A stretch of DNA of 64,000 nt from a bacterium (lineage in GTDB: Bacteria; ARS69): the NCBI GenBank assembly GCA_041393395.1, contig JAWKKG010000003.1:891126-955125 (forward strand), read 5' to 3'. The notes beneath the pieces were generated by a model, which ran no database searches, had not been told where the DNA came from, and saw only the letters and a list, made by a program, of their open reading frames with translations. Shown here one piece after another: positions 63,866 to 64,000 of this stretch. Position 1 is the stretch's first letter. Each line of letters begins with the position of its first letter. A program made the position numbers and the translations under genes.

Positions 63866-64000
63866 TCGATCGCTTCGAGGTGGCGGCGGAGCTGGCCGGC
63901 GGTCCGGAACTTCCGGAGGATCAGCGTGCGGCGCAGGCCGCAGCAGATCTCCTTCACCACGTCGGGTTGCTTCGCATAGTGGCGCGCGCCTCCCAGCGAC
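63859..64000 (-). CDS. 3' end of a gene entering from the right edge (partial, function unknown)
   Basis: Open frame ...HYAKQPDVVKEICCGLRRTLILRKFRTAGQLRRHLEAIEW*. Its stop overlaps the PP2C start. Confidence 0.35.
   Translation of the reverse strand, partial: SLGGARHYAKQPDVVKEICCGLRRTLILRKFRTAGQLRRHLEAIEW

Noticed and set aside
1-64000. A search for CRISPR repeats, tRNA/rRNA genes, IS elements, integrases, reverse transcriptases and prophage genes.
   Set aside because: Reading the ORF translations and intergenic regions showed no direct-repeat arrays, cloverleaf-sized conserved gaps or transposase/integrase/RT motifs. Apart from a few 250-330 bp divergent-promoter gaps, intergenic spaces are short and promoter- or terminator-like.

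Overview
About 70% GC bacterial chromosomal window, gene-dense on both strands, with many GTG/TTG starts and 1-8 nt start/stop overlaps. I recognised no rRNA, tRNA, CRISPR array, transposase, integrase or phage gene. Several secreted proteins carry FlgD-Ig/T9SS-like C-terminal domains, which suggests an FCB-type or Gemmatimonadota/'Eisenbacteria'-like lineage; that is inference only. Left to right: a PBP5-type carboxypeptidase, nadA, cspA, a membrane-EEP phosphoesterase and a sahR-like/ahcY pair. Next come an envelope-modification locus (DUF547, GT39-like, sulfotransferase, ABM), a response regulator, a pentaheme lipoprotein and sthA. The most interesting region is an eight-gene, translationally coupled acyl-lipid cluster on the minus strand (19680-29508). 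It encodes two NAD_binding_4 reductases, a pyruvyl-transferase-family protein, two AMP-ligases, a crotonase, an ACP and PlsC, and it looks like a disaggregated ElbD-type ether/fatty-alcohol lipid module. It sits directly downstream of a histidine kinase/sigma-54 activator pair (29828-31973). That pair is flanked by two good sigma-54 promoter matches, one driving a roughly 100-nt terminator-bounded candidate sRNA and one driving a small 2-TM protein gene. Further right are a large hybrid sensor kinase, an AlkP-like/EEP double phosphoesterase and a BRCT-MerR-TPR protein. Dispersed NHEJ genes follow: a stand-alone ATP ligase, Ku, and a LigD whose ligase domain has lost its catalytic residues. A second sigma-54 two-component pair, an ABC-2 exporter and a set of secreted proteins follow, including a 1714-aa C25-peptidase/FG-GAP protein. 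The window ends with a PP2C phosphatase. All product calls come from motifs read in the translated ORFs; nothing was searched against a database. Start codons are often uncertain.
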